This document shows positions 53,550 to 63,748 of a stretch of 64,000 nt of DNA, piece by piece. Below the pieces are notes generated by a model. The model was given only the letters and a program-made list of their open reading frames with translations. It was not told where the DNA came from and did not search any database. Every line of letters starts with the position of its first letter. Position 1 is the stretch's first letter. The position numbers and the translations under genes are program-made. The stretch comes from Obrimoposthia wandeli. Taxonomy: Eukaryota. The stretch lies in contig CDROCS010002735.1 in assembly GCA_977020255.1 (NCBI GenBank), forward strand, positions 1 through 64,000, written 5' to 3'.

Positions 53550-54356
53550 ATGACCCAGTCAATACTCAAAGTAGATCAGATATCTCTAGCATTTGGTGGA
53601 GTGAAAGCGCTGACAGATGTGAGCTTTGAGGTAAAAAAAGGCTCAGTGTTTTCAATTATAGGCCCAAACGGCGCCGGGAAAACGTCAATGCTAAACTGCA
53701 TTTCAGGACGTTACCAGCCAAATAGCGGTAGCATATCTTTTCAAGATAAAGATGTTACTAACCTAGAGCCTAACTATCGAGCAGATTTAGGTATGGGGCG
53801 TACTTTTCAAAACTTAGCCTTATTTGGGCACTTATCGGTTTTAGATAACATTATGGTGGGTCGCCATCACTTATTGAAGAATAACTGGTTAACAGGCCCT
53901 TTATATTGGGCGTCTGGCGCACAAAAAGAAGAATTAGAGCACCGCAGAATTGTAGAAGAAGTTATTGATTTCTTGGAGATTTCCCATATTCGAAAATCCA
54001 TTGCAGGCACGCTTTCTTATGGCTTGCGTAAGCGAGTAGAGCTCGCTCGTGCCATGGCGTTGAATCCAAAGCTTATTTTGCTAGATGAGCCAATGGCCGG
54101 TATGAACTTAGAAGAAAAAGAGGATATGGCTCGCTATATTCTTGATTTAAATGAAGAGTTTGATATCACTGTGATGATGATAGAGCACGATATGGGTGTG
54201 GTCATGGATATTTCACATGAGGTAATGGTACTTGATTTCGGTAAGAAGTTGATTACAGGATTACCCGAAGAAGTGATGGCCGATCCACATGTTAAACGCG
54301 CTTATCTTGGTATTGAAGATGATGAGATTGACGATGCAATGCAGGAGGCTAGTTAA
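53550..54356 (+). CDS. LIV-type ABC ATPase (LivG-like)
   Basis: GPNGAGKT, RTFQN, LSYGLRKRVELARA, LLDEP. Confidence 0.92.
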   Translation: MTQSILKVDQISLAFGGVKALTDVSFEVKKGSVFSIIGPNGAGKTSMLNCISGRYQPNSGSISFQDKDVTNLEPNYRADLGMGRTFQNLALFGHLSVLDNIMVGRHHLLKNNWLTGPLYWASGAQKEELEHRRIVEEVIDFLEISHIRKSIAGTLSYGLRKRVELARAMALNPKLILLDEPMAGMNLEEKEDMARYILDLNEEFDITVMMIEHDMGVVMDISHEVMVLDFGKKLITGLPEEVMADPHVKRAYLGIEDDEIDDAMQEAS

Positions 54357-56305
54357 TGAGTAACGTAACAGATTTTGAAATGGGAGAATTTGACACTTTC
54401 CCTAAAATACTGCGACATAACGCAAAAAATTGGCCAAGTAATATTGCCATGCGTGAAAAAGAGCTCGGCATTTGGACGGAGTTTAACTGGGATGAGTATC
54501 AAAACCGCGTTAAGTGGATGTCACTTGCACTGGTGAATTTAGGTGTGCAAAAAGGCGATGCCGTTGCTTTATTAGGTGATAACCGTCCTGAATGGGTGTG
54601 GGGTGAAATAGCCGCGCACGCCATGCGTTGTTATTCAATCGGTATTTTTCAAGATTCACTGCATGAAGAAGTTGTTTATCTTCTTAATAAATCCAAAGCA
54701 ACGGTGGTAATCGCTGAAGATGAAGAGCAGTGCGATAAACTGATGGAACTTGGTGACCAAATAGATAGCGTCAAAGTGATTGTGTATTGTGACCCTAGGG
54801 GCATGCGTAAATACGATGACCCTCGTCTTATTAGTGTCGAAGAAATTTATAGTCAAGGTCGTGAAATTGATAGCCTCTCTCCAGAGTTATACGACACTTA
54901 TGTTGATGCCACTAATGCCGAAGAAACCGCTATATATTGCACAACATCCGGTACCACATCACTGCCTAAAATAGTTCTACTAGGTGGCGGCAACTTTGTT
55001 AAGCACTGTAGCGCGTACTTAAGAGCTGACCCTAGAGAAGCAGGGGATAACTATGTATCGGTGCTACCACTGCCTTGGATAATGGAGCAAGTATACGCCA
55101 TCGGCCAAGCACTCATCGCCAGACAGATAGTTAACTTTGTTGAAGAGCAAGAAACATTGATGTCAGATTTGCGTGAAATTGGCCCAAGCTTTGTGTTACT
55201 TGCACCTAGAGTATGGGAAGGAATTTTAGCTGATGTAAAAGCACGCATGATGGATTCAACTCCACTTAAGCAAAAGCTATTTGATTTTGCCATGAAACAT
55301 GCTGAAGACGCCCAAAAGCTGGGTAGGAAATCTTGGTTAGCTGATGTTTTACTAATGAAAGCACTGCGTGACAGATTGGGATTCACCTTTCTTAAGTCAG
55401 CGGCTACCGGTGGTGCAGCGATGGGCCCAGATACCTTTAGATTTTTTCAAACCATTGGCGTTCCATTAAGACAGCTGTATGGGCAAACTGAATTAGGCGG
55501 CGCTTATACTGTACATCAAAATGATGATATCGATTATGACAGCGTGGGGTTCTGTTTTGATAATTCAGAAATCAAAGTCATCAATACCGACAGCGAAGGT
55601 GTGGGTGAAGTTATTGCTAAAACTGTCGGTATGTTTACCGGCTATTTAGATAATCAAGCCGCTTACGATGAAGATGTAAAAGACGGTTGGATGCATACAG
55701 GTGATGCTGGATACTTTAAGGATTCTGGTCATTTAGTGATTATCGATCGCATAAAAGATTTGGCAAAAACCAGTAATGGTTTGCAGTATTCGCCGCAATA
55801 CATTGAAAACAAACTCAAGTTTTCTTCATTCATCGGTGAAGCGGTTATTTTAGGCAAAGAAAAGCCCTTCCTGAGCGCTATCATTTGCATTCGTTTTTCT
55901 ATCCTTTCCAAATGGGCCGAACAGCGTGGTTTAGCTTTTACAAACTATACCAACCTAACTACTTTGCCAGAAGTGTATGAGAAATTAGCGCAAGAAGTTG
56001 CCATTGTTAATGAAACATTACCAGATGCGCAAAAGATTAATAAGTTTGTATTACTTTATAAAGAATTAGATGCAGATGATGGGGAATTAACGCGTACTCG
56101 TAAAGTACGCCGCTCTGTTATCGCTGAAAAATATAAAGATATTATAGATTCAATCTACAACAATGATGAAGTTGTTGATATTGATACTGTTATCACTTTC
56201 CAAGATGGCAGCACTTCAAGAATTCAAACTCAGCTAGCGGTAGAGACGTTGATTGAAAGTACCACTCAATCAGCACCAAAAAATCTTCAGAGGATAGCAT
56301 CATGA
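54356..56305 (+). CDS. Long-chain acyl-CoA synthetase (AMP-binding)
   Basis: TTSGTTSLPK, YGQTE, GWMHTGD, IIDRIKD, ELTRTRKVRR. Confidence 0.9.
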   Translation: MSNVTDFEMGEFDTFPKILRHNAKNWPSNIAMREKELGIWTEFNWDEYQNRVKWMSLALVNLGVQKGDAVALLGDNRPEWVWGEIAAHAMRCYSIGIFQDSLHEEVVYLLNKSKATVVIAEDEEQCDKLMELGDQIDSVKVIVYCDPRGMRKYDDPRLISVEEIYSQGREIDSLSPELYDTYVDATNAEETAIYCTTSGTTSLPKIVLLGGGNFVKHCSAYLRADPREAGDNYVSVLPLPWIMEQVYAIGQALIARQIVNFVEEQETLMSDLREIGPSFVLLAPRVWEGILADVKARMMDSTPLKQKLFDFAMKHAEDAQKLGRKSWLADVLLMKALRDRLGFTFLKSAATGGAAMGPDTFRFFQTIGVPLRQLYGQTELGGAYTVHQNDDIDYDSVGFCFDNSEIKVINTDSEGVGEVIAKTVGMFTGYLDNQAAYDEDVKDGWMHTGDAGYFKDSGHLVIIDRIKDLAKTSNGLQYSPQYIENKLKFSSFIGEAVILGKEKPFLSAIICIRFSILSKWAEQRGLAFTNYTNLTTLPEVYEKLAQEVAIVNETLPDAQKINKFVLLYKELDADDGELTRTRKVRRSVIAEKYKDIIDSIYNNDEVVDIDTVITFQDGSTSRIQTQLAVETLIESTTQSAPKNLQRIAS

Positions 56306-57195
56306 ACTTTGAATTATTAACCCAGCTCGTCATTAACGGCCTAATTGTTGGCTTGTTATATGGCGTGATTGGCATGTGTTTCGTGCTCGTTTACAAATCC
56401 ACCAAGATTGTTAACTTCGCCCAAGGCGAGTTTCTATTAATAGGCGCTTGGGTTTGCTGGACAGCGCTGGTGTATTTTGAACTACCATTTTTATTAGGTT
56501 TTGTACTTAGCCTTTGCTTTATGGCCGCTTTCGGCATTTTACTACAGCAGATAGTGCTGAGGCCAATGATAGGCGAGCCAATTATATCGGTGATTATGAT
56601 CACCATTGGTTTGTCCATCTTCTTCCAAGCCTTGATGAAGTGGATCTTTGGTGTATCTGCGCAAAGCTACCCTCAAGTTTTTGATCAGCAAAGCATTAAT
56701 ATTCTTGGTTTGAATATCGAAATGGCATACCTGATGAGCACCGCAATCGCGATCATCATCATGGGCGCTTTCTACTTCTTCTTCAAGCATTCAAAACATG
56801 GTTTAGCCATGCGTGCAACCGCGTTTGACCAACAAGTTGCACAAAGCTTAGGCGTATCCGTTAAGAATGTATTTGCCATGAGTTGGGGTATTGCGGCTAC
56901 CGTTTCTGCAACAGCAGGCATCGTGCTAGGCATGGTAAACGGTGTTTCTGATTCTCTTTCAATCATGGGGATCAAAGTTTTCCCAGCCGTTATTTTAGGT
57001 GGCTTAGATTCAATTGTTGGCGCCATTGTCGGCGGGGTAATAGTTGGAGTGTTGGAAAACGTAGCAGAATTTGTCGATAGCCAATATTTACATATAGGCA
57101 ACATGTATGACATCGCACCTTTCTACGTACTACTAATAATTCTATGGTTCAAGCCTTATGGATTATTTGGTACTAAAGACATTGAACGTATTTGA
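56302..57195 (+). CDS. LIV-type ABC permease (LivH-like)
   Basis: NFAQGE, GLAMRATA, AVILGGLDS. Confidence 0.92.
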   Translation: MNFELLTQLVINGLIVGLLYGVIGMCFVLVYKSTKIVNFAQGEFLLIGAWVCWTALVYFELPFLLGFVLSLCFMAAFGILLQQIVLRPMIGEPIISVIMITIGLSIFFQALMKWIFGVSAQSYPQVFDQQSINILGLNIEMAYLMSTAIAIIIMGAFYFFFKHSKHGLAMRATAFDQQVAQSLGVSVKNVFAMSWGIAATVSATAGIVLGMVNGVSDSLSIMGIKVFPAVILGGLDSIVGAIVGGVIVGVLENVAEFVDSQYLHIGNMYDIAPFYVLLIILWFKPYGLFGTKDIERI

Positions 57196-57214
57196 TATTT
57201 TTTAGGAGTTACTT

Positions 57215-58288
57215 ATGTCAAGTTTAACGATGCGTCCGTGCGGTGATTTCCGCACTAGCTATAAGCAAGATAATACAATATTTGAAACAAAAACGATTCG
57301 CATGCTAGCTATAGCAACGATTCTTTTACTGTGTACAGCGCCACTTTTTTTAGACGGTTATTTCTTAACCTTATGTATTCAAATTTCATATTTAGGCATA
57401 GCGGCATTAGGATTAAATATTTTAGTGGGCTTTACGGGGCAAATATCACTAGGTCACGGCGCATTTTTTGGTTTTGGCGCGTTTGCATCAGCCTGGTTAA
57501 ATACTAGCTTACATATCCCTGTTTTCTTAAGTATTCCACTGGCTGGTTTTTTAACAATGGGTGTCGGCATGATGTTCGGTTTACCCGCGGCACGTATTAA
57601 AGGGCTTTACTTGGCGATAGCAACCTTAGCGTCACAATTTATCATTGAAGACTTTTTTGCCAGAGCAGACTGGTTTTCAGGTGGTTCTTCAGGGGCATCA
57701 GCTGAACCCTTTAGTTTGTTTGGCTACGCATTTGATACTGATCAAAGCTTTTATTATGTCGCACTTTTTGCCCTAGTTTTTATGTTTATCTGGGGTTGTA
57801 ACTTGATGCGAAGCCGCGATGGCCGTGCCTTTGTTGCATTGAGGGACCACTATTTATCAGCTGAAATTATGGGCATCAAGCTCAATAAGTATCGCTTGTT
57901 ATCTTTTGGTGTTTCTTCTTTTTATGCAGGTATAGGCGGAGCTTTATACGCACACTATTTAGGTTATGTTTCCGCAGAAGGATTCACTATCTTTATGTCA
58001 GTACAGTTCTTAGCCATGATTATTATCGGTGGGTTAGGCTCTATAAACGGCACTTTAATGGGTGTTATTTTTATGGTGTTTTTACCTGAAGTATTAGAAA
58101 GCGGTGTGAGCGTACTCAGCGAAACACAATGGGGCAACATCCCAATGGTAATCGACGGTTTAGCCTATATCAAAGAAATGGCGATAGGCTTAGTGATTAT
58201 CGGCTTCTTAATTTTTGAACCTGAAGGTTTAGCACATCGTTGGGCACAAATTAAAAACTATTGGAAGTTCTACCCATTCTCTTATTAA
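57215..58288 (+). CDS. LIV-type ABC permease (LivM-like)
   Basis: GFTGQISLGH, GLYLAIATLA, SRDGRAF.ALRD, IIGGLGS, PEGL. Confidence 0.92.
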   Translation: MSSLTMRPCGDFRTSYKQDNTIFETKTIRMLAIATILLLCTAPLFLDGYFLTLCIQISYLGIAALGLNILVGFTGQISLGHGAFFGFGAFASAWLNTSLHIPVFLSIPLAGFLTMGVGMMFGLPAARIKGLYLAIATLASQFIIEDFFARADWFSGGSSGASAEPFSLFGYAFDTDQSFYYVALFALVFMFIWGCNLMRSRDGRAFVALRDHYLSAEIMGIKLNKYRLLSFGVSSFYAGIGGALYAHYLGYVSAEGFTIFMSVQFLAMIIIGGLGSINGTLMGVIFMVFLPEVLESGVSVLSETQWGNIPMVIDGLAYIKEMAIGLVIIGFLIFEPEGLAHRWAQIKNYWKFYPFSY

Positions 58289-58455
58289 ATATAAAAATAA
58301 AGGGTTAAGAAATAAGAAGAAAAGCACATACGTAATTTCAAGAGATCTCTGGATAACTAAGTTTACGGAGTTCTCTTCAAGTAAGTAGTAGTAAAGGATC
58401 GGCCAGATATTGGCAAAAATAGGCAATTAGCCATAATTTATGAAGGAAGCTTGTT

Positions 58456-59730
58456 ATGAAAAAAACAACTATTAAACCAGCTAGTCAACATAAAATCTTG
58501 TTACCCACCATTTTAGCTGCAGCGGTACTTAGTACCAATGTACAAGCGGCTGCTGGTGATACAGTATTTGTTGGTCACTTAGCCGACATGTCAGGACCTA
58601 CTGCCTTTATTGGCAAAGTATATGCTAATGGTATTCGCGACTCACTTGCTTATATCAATGCAAATGGCGGTATCAACGGTACGAAGCTAGAATCTGAAAC
58701 AATCGATTATGCGTACAAAGTACCACAGGCAATTTCCGCATATAAAAAATGGAAATCAAGAAAGAAAATGGTCGCTATGCAAGGCTGGGGAACTGCTGAT
58801 ACTGAAGCACTAATATCCTTTGTTGCTAAAGATAAAACGCCAGTATTCTCGGCATCGTATTCAGGTCATTTAACCGATCCTACTGGTTTAAACCCTAATA
58901 CTAAAAAACCAGCTCCTTACAACTTTTTCTATGGCGCTTCATATTCAGATGCTTGTCGTGGCCTAGTACAATGGGCAGCGCAAGATTGGAAAGACAAAAA
59001 AGGTGAAGGCAAGCCAAAGTTTACGCATATAGGCGCCAACCATCCATTTCCAAATGCACCGAAAAAAGCCTGTGGAGAATATGCAACAGAGCTAGGGTTT
59101 GATGTGCAACATCCAGTGGTCGTTTCGATGAAACCGGGTGATTTTAAAGCACAGTGCTTAAGTATTAAGAGCTCTAAGTCCAATTATGGTTATATTGGAA
59201 ACTTAGGTGGTTCAGTACTTTCACTGGTTAAATCTTGTAATACCGTTGGCACCAAAATCCAGTTTATGTCTAATATTTGGGGTGGCGACAAAAAGACGTT
59301 TGCCGCAGCAGGTGAAGGCATAAAAGACTATATATTCCCATCAATGACACCTTTTTGGAATGATGACGTACCGGGTATGAAGCTTGTGCGCGAAATTTCG
59401 AAAATGTCAGACACTGAAGGTAAAAAAGAACGTTTACATCATTATATGCGCGGTGTTTGCTCTACCTACTTTATGAAAGAGGCGATGGAGTGGGCAGAAG
59501 CAAATGGCGGCATCACCGGTGAGAACATCAAAAAAGGCATGTATGCTAAATCTGATTGGGTGCCAAAAGGTTTGGAAGGTGTTTGTTTAGCCGCTAACTG
59601 GACAGAAACAGATCACCGCGGTATTAACCAAGTTAATATCCACAAAGGAAATTACAACGGTGGTGAAGTGGTAATTGAAAAAGTCTCGACCGTGACGTTA
59701 AAGCGTCGTAAGGACTGGTTAGGGTATTAA
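58456..59730 (+). CDS. LIV-type periplasmic substrate-binding protein
   Basis: Signal peptide, DMSGPTA..GGING, GWGTADTEAL, YSGHLTDP. Confidence 0.9.
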   Translation: MKKTTIKPASQHKILLPTILAAAVLSTNVQAAAGDTVFVGHLADMSGPTAFIGKVYANGIRDSLAYINANGGINGTKLESETIDYAYKVPQAISAYKKWKSRKKMVAMQGWGTADTEALISFVAKDKTPVFSASYSGHLTDPTGLNPNTKKPAPYNFFYGASYSDACRGLVQWAAQDWKDKKGEGKPKFTHIGANHPFPNAPKKACGEYATELGFDVQHPVVVSMKPGDFKAQCLSIKSSKSNYGYIGNLGGSVLSLVKSCNTVGTKIQFMSNIWGGDKKTFAAAGEGIKDYIFPSMTPFWNDDVPGMKLVREISKMSDTEGKKERLHHYMRGVCSTYFMKEAMEWAEANGGITGENIKKGMYAKSDWVPKGLEGVCLAANWTETDHRGINQVNIHKGNYNGGEVVIEKVSTVTLKRRKDWLGY

Positions 59731-59842
59731 TCAATAAGGAGTATTGTCAGGGTGAAAACCCTGTCATTTAAATAATACAGAGGTCTCTGTTAGTGTAATA
59801 ATTATAACGCTGACAGAAACCTTTCATAGTTTGGAGTTTGTT

Positions 59843-60664
59843 ATGTCGCAAGCCGCTACCAAAACCGAAGTTGCTAAACCGCTTTTAGCAGTTAATAACA
59901 TTGAAGTTGTTTATGACGAAGTTATTCAGGTGCTTAGAGGTGTTTCTTTAGAAGTGCCTGAAGGAGATGTCGTTACATTATTAGGGCCAAATGGCGCGGG
60001 TAAATCAACAACTTTAAAAGCTATATCCGGTTTACTAAAAACAGAAAATGGCGAGGTTACCCGTGGTGATGTAAGTTTCATGGGTGAACGTATAGATAAA
60101 AAATATGCCGATGAAATAGTCCGTACTGGTATGATCCAGGTGATGGAAGGGCGACGCATCATTGAAGATATGACGGCTTTAGAAAATTTAAAGCTAGGTG
60201 CTTACACCCGTAATGACAGCAACATAAAATCAGATATTGAAATGGTATATCACTATTTCCCAAGGCTAAAAGAACGTACGGGATTAGCGGGTTACTTTTC
60301 TGGTGGCGAACAGCAAATGCTGGCAATCGGGCGTGCATTAATGGCCAGGCCAAAGATGATCTGTTTGGATGAGCCATCGATGGGTCTATCACCTTTACTA
60401 GTAAAAGAAGTTTTCGGTATCATTAAAAAAATTAATAAAGATCAAGGTATTACTATGTTACTGGTCGAGCAAAACGCAAACTATGCGCTACGTGCTGCTG
60501 ATTACGGTTACATCATGGAATCCGGTAAAATTGTACTTGATGGCACAACAGATCAGTTGATGAATAATGAAGATGTGAAAGAGTTCTATCTTGGTGGCGG
60601 TAATGAAGAGCGTAAAAGCTTTAAAAATTTAAAATCTTATAAGCGCCGCAAGCGTTGGTTATAA
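59843..60664 (+). CDS. LIV-type ABC ATPase (LivF-like)
   Basis: GPNGAGKST, MEGRR, SGGEQQMLAIGRALM, LDEPSMGL, LVEQN. Confidence 0.92.
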   Translation: MSQAATKTEVAKPLLAVNNIEVVYDEVIQVLRGVSLEVPEGDVVTLLGPNGAGKSTTLKAISGLLKTENGEVTRGDVSFMGERIDKKYADEIVRTGMIQVMEGRRIIEDMTALENLKLGAYTRNDSNIKSDIEMVYHYFPRLKERTGLAGYFSGGEQQMLAIGRALMARPKMICLDEPSMGLSPLLVKEVFGIIKKINKDQGITMLLVEQNANYALRAADYGYIMESGKIVLDGTTDQLMNNEDVKEFYLGGGNEERKSFKNLKSYKRRKRWL

Positions 60665-60751
60665 TTGTTTATTAATACACTGTCAATATTGTACTTTTGA
60701 TAAATCGATCGTCTGTTGTTTTTAATATTTAATCTATTTTAGTGAGTTGCT

Positions 60752-61999
60752 ATGAGCCCGTTTTTTTCCCCGCAAGAAACACAATCGAACATTGATCGCG
60801 AAGCTTCTTTATTAACAAGATTAGCGCCATTTATAGAGTATGCTCAACAACATAGTGAGTATTATGCCAGTACTTTAGAAAGTCTTGATGCCAGTACTAT
60901 CACCACAAGAGAACAACTTGCTAAACTGCCAATTACTCGAAAATCTGCGTTAATTTCTATGCAGAGTAAGCAACAGCCCTTTGCTGGCATCAATGGGACA
61001 CATGCTAAAGTTGATCGCATGTATCAGTCACCAGGACCGATTAATGAGCCTGAAAGTTGCACTGATAATTGGTGGAGATTGGGTCAAGCGTTTTATGCAG
61101 CGGGTTTTAGAGCGGGCGATAAAGTACAAAATTGTTTGTCATATCATCTAACTCCCGGTGGTTTTATTCTTGACTCGGGCGCTAGAGCTTGCGGCTGTAC
61201 GGTTATTCCCGCAGGCCCTGGACAAACTGACCAGCAACTTGATGTGATCGAAAACTTACAGCCTGACGGTTATTGTGGGACGCCTTCCTTTCTAAAAATA
61301 TTATTAGATAAAGCGCAAGTAAATAACAGAGATGTTTCTAGTATTACCAAAGCATTAGTAACAGGTGAGGCTTTTTTTCCTGCTTTAAGAGAAGAATTCA
61401 AAGCTGCAGGCATACTGGCGCTACAAGCTTATGCAACTGCAGATATTGGCTTGATAGCCTACGAAAGTGACCCGCATGAAGGGTTAATTATTGCAGAAGA
61501 TATTTTGGTAGAAATAGTACGTCCGGGAAGCATTGAGCCGGTAGCAGTAGGCGAAATAGGTGAGGTTGTTGTCACTAGTTTTAATAAAGAATACCCACTG
61601 ATTCGCTTTGCGACGGGTGATTTGTCAGCGATGTTACCGGGTACTAGTCAATGTGGTCGAACTAATGATCGCATTAAAGGCTGGATGGGCCGCGCTGATC
61701 AAACCACTAAGATCAAAGGGATGTTTGTGCATCCAGAGCAAGTGGAAAAAGTACGTTTAGCGTATCCACAAATCGTAAAAACAAGGCTAGTAGTCTCTCA
61801 ACAAAACCACAATGATGTAATGCAATTGCATTGCGAAGTTGATCAAGCTCAATTAGATCAAGTGCAGTTAAATACTTTACAAAGCAGCATCACAAAAACA
61901 TTAAAGGCTGTCACTAAACTGAACGGTAATGTAGAGATAGTGTCTATTGGTCAATTAGCTGATGACGGCAAAGTGATAGACGATCAACGCACTTTATAG
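60752..61999 (+). CDS. Phenylacetate-CoA ligase (PaaK)-family protein with an atypical P-loop
   Basis: GFRAGD, GTPSFL, VTGE, AYATAD, IRFATGD, GRADQTTKIKGMFV. Confidence 0.8.
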   Translation: MSPFFSPQETQSNIDREASLLTRLAPFIEYAQQHSEYYASTLESLDASTITTREQLAKLPITRKSALISMQSKQQPFAGINGTHAKVDRMYQSPGPINEPESCTDNWWRLGQAFYAAGFRAGDKVQNCLSYHLTPGGFILDSGARACGCTVIPAGPGQTDQQLDVIENLQPDGYCGTPSFLKILLDKAQVNNRDVSSITKALVTGEAFFPALREEFKAAGILALQAYATADIGLIAYESDPHEGLIIAEDILVEIVRPGSIEPVAVGEIGEVVVTSFNKEYPLIRFATGDLSAMLPGTSQCGRTNDRIKGWMGRADQTTKIKGMFVHPEQVEKVRLAYPQIVKTRLVVSQQNHNDVMQLHCEVDQAQLDQVQLNTLQSSITKTLKAVTKLNGNVEIVSIGQLADDGKVIDDQRTL

Positions 62000-62034
62000 C
62001 TTTAGATTACAAGCAGGCTAAAAATAGGAATATT

Positions 62035-62526
62035 ATGAATTTAACAGCATTTCAAGATGCTTACCCTGAAGATTTAAGCCATTGTTTTGGCTGCGGGAAA
62101 AATAATCCTCAAGGGCATCAATTAAAAAGCTATTGGTCATCAGAGCCAGTAAAAGAAGCAGCAGAGCAAACTTTTGCCAAATTTACCCCAAGTGCATGCC
62201 ATACAGCAATCCCAGGCTTTGTATATGGTGGCTTAATAGCATCATTAATTGACTGTCATGGCACAGGAAGTGCTTCTGCAATGGCTTATAAACAAGCCGG
62301 CAGAGCATTAGGTGAAGCCCCTGCACTTCGCTTTGTTACCGCAAAGCTAGACGTTAACTTTGTGGCTCCCACGCCTCTAGGAGTTGAGCTAACGTTAATA
62401 GGCACCTTTAGTGAAGTAAAAGAGCGTAAGATAATAGTAGATATCACGCTAAGTGCTCACGGCAAAATATGCGCTAAGGGCCAAGTCATAGCGGTGAAAA
62501 TGCCAAGCAGTATGGGCGCAGTATAA
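62035..62526 (+). CDS. PaaI-family hot-dog thioesterase
   Basis: HCFGCG, VYGGLIASLIDCH, FVTAKLDVNF..PTP. Confidence 0.88.
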   Translation: MNLTAFQDAYPEDLSHCFGCGKNNPQGHQLKSYWSSEPVKEAAEQTFAKFTPSACHTAIPGFVYGGLIASLIDCHGTGSASAMAYKQAGRALGEAPALRFVTAKLDVNFVAPTPLGVELTLIGTFSEVKERKIIVDITLSAHGKICAKGQVIAVKMPSSMGAV

Positions 62527-62622
62527 CCATTAGAAAAACCTTGCTTGTGTTAATCGTATTAAAAGAGGTATAAAGCGCATTTTATATAAAAATGTAATTT
62601 ATAACACAAGCAGGAAATATCA

Positions 62623-62820
62623 ATGAATAGTCTTCTTGAGCAAAGTATCAGCTGCCCTTATTGTGGTGAATCAATAGCAGTATTGATCGATACAACTGAT
62701 TTGGACCAGCAATATATAGAAGATTGCCAAGTATGTTGTAGGCCTATTAATTTTTCGATATCAACTACTGTCTGTGGAGATATTGATGTCGCTGTTTTTA
62801 GTGACGATGAAAACTATTAA
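62623..62820 (+). CDS. CPXCG-motif cysteine-rich small protein
   Basis: SCPYCGE..YIEDCQVCCRPI. Confidence 0.9.
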   Translation: MNSLLEQSISCPYCGESIAVLIDTTDLDQQYIEDCQVCCRPINFSISTTVCGDIDVAVFSDDENY

Positions 62821-62849
62821 CTGATCACTAACTATTTAAAACTAATCGT

Positions 62850-63668
62850 TTATAGGAACAAATCAAGCGTTAATTTTTTAGTTGGATCAACAGCGTATTT
62901 CGAAAAATCAGTTACCCCGTTTTCAGCTAAAACTTGCTCATCAATAAAAAAATTCCCTGTACAGCTTTTCGCATCTTGTAGCAAAATATGGTGCGCACTA
63001 TCGGCAACGATTGCCGCAGTCCTACAGTTTTCTGCTTGAATTACCCCGCCAAGCGCTGCAAGTGCGGCAGTATGAATAACCGTTTTTGGCCACAGGGCAT
63101 TCACTGCTATCCCTTGTCGACTAAACTCTTGCGCCATACCTAGCACACACAAACTCATCCCATATTTTGCAATAGTGTAAGCTGTATGGTTTTCAAACCA
63201 TTTGGCTTGCATATTCAATGGCGGCGCCAAGTTTAATATATGTGGGTTATCGGCTTTAATTAAATAAGACAGGCAAGCTTGTGATACTGCAAAGGTGCCT
63301 CGTGTGTTGACTTGATGCATAAGATCAAAGCGCTTCATGGTTGTTTGCGCGGTATTAGTTAAGCTAATGGCGGATGCATTGTTAATACAAATATCAATGC
63401 CCCCAAAGGTGCTCACAGCCGTGCTAATCGCAGCGGCTATCTGATCATCTTCTCTAATATCAACTTGCAAGGGCAGAGCGTTACCCCCAAGTGCTTCAAT
63501 TTCTTTAGCGGCGGTATATATCGTACCGGGAAGCTTAGGGTGAGCGATGGCTGATTTTGCAACAATAACGATATTTGCCCCATCAAGTGCTGCTTTTTTT
63601 GCTATTTCTAAACCAATGCCGCGACTAGCACCGGTAATGAATAGTGTTTTATTATGTAAACTTTGCAC
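62850..63668 (-). CDS. SDR oxidoreductase (HSDL2 / citronellol dehydrogenase-like)
   Basis: ITGASRGIG, HPKLPGTI, NNASAI, YTIAK, NALWP. Confidence 0.88.
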   Translation of the reverse strand: MQSLHNKTLFITGASRGIGLEIAKKAALDGANIVIVAKSAIAHPKLPGTIYTAAKEIEALGGNALPLQVDIREDDQIAAAISTAVSTFGGIDICINNASAISLTNTAQTTMKRFDLMHQVNTRGTFAVSQACLSYLIKADNPHILNLAPPLNMQAKWFENHTAYTIAKYGMSLCVLGMAQEFSRQGIAVNALWPKTVIHTAALAALGGVIQAENCRTAAIVADSAHHILLQDAKSCTGNFFIDEQVLAENGVTDFSKYAVDPTKKLTLDLFL

Positions 63669-63748
63669 GTAACTTAACCCTTGAACTTATAATAATATTT
63701 TAGATTAAAAAATCTATCCAAACACTTGAACTATAATACTATAACGAT

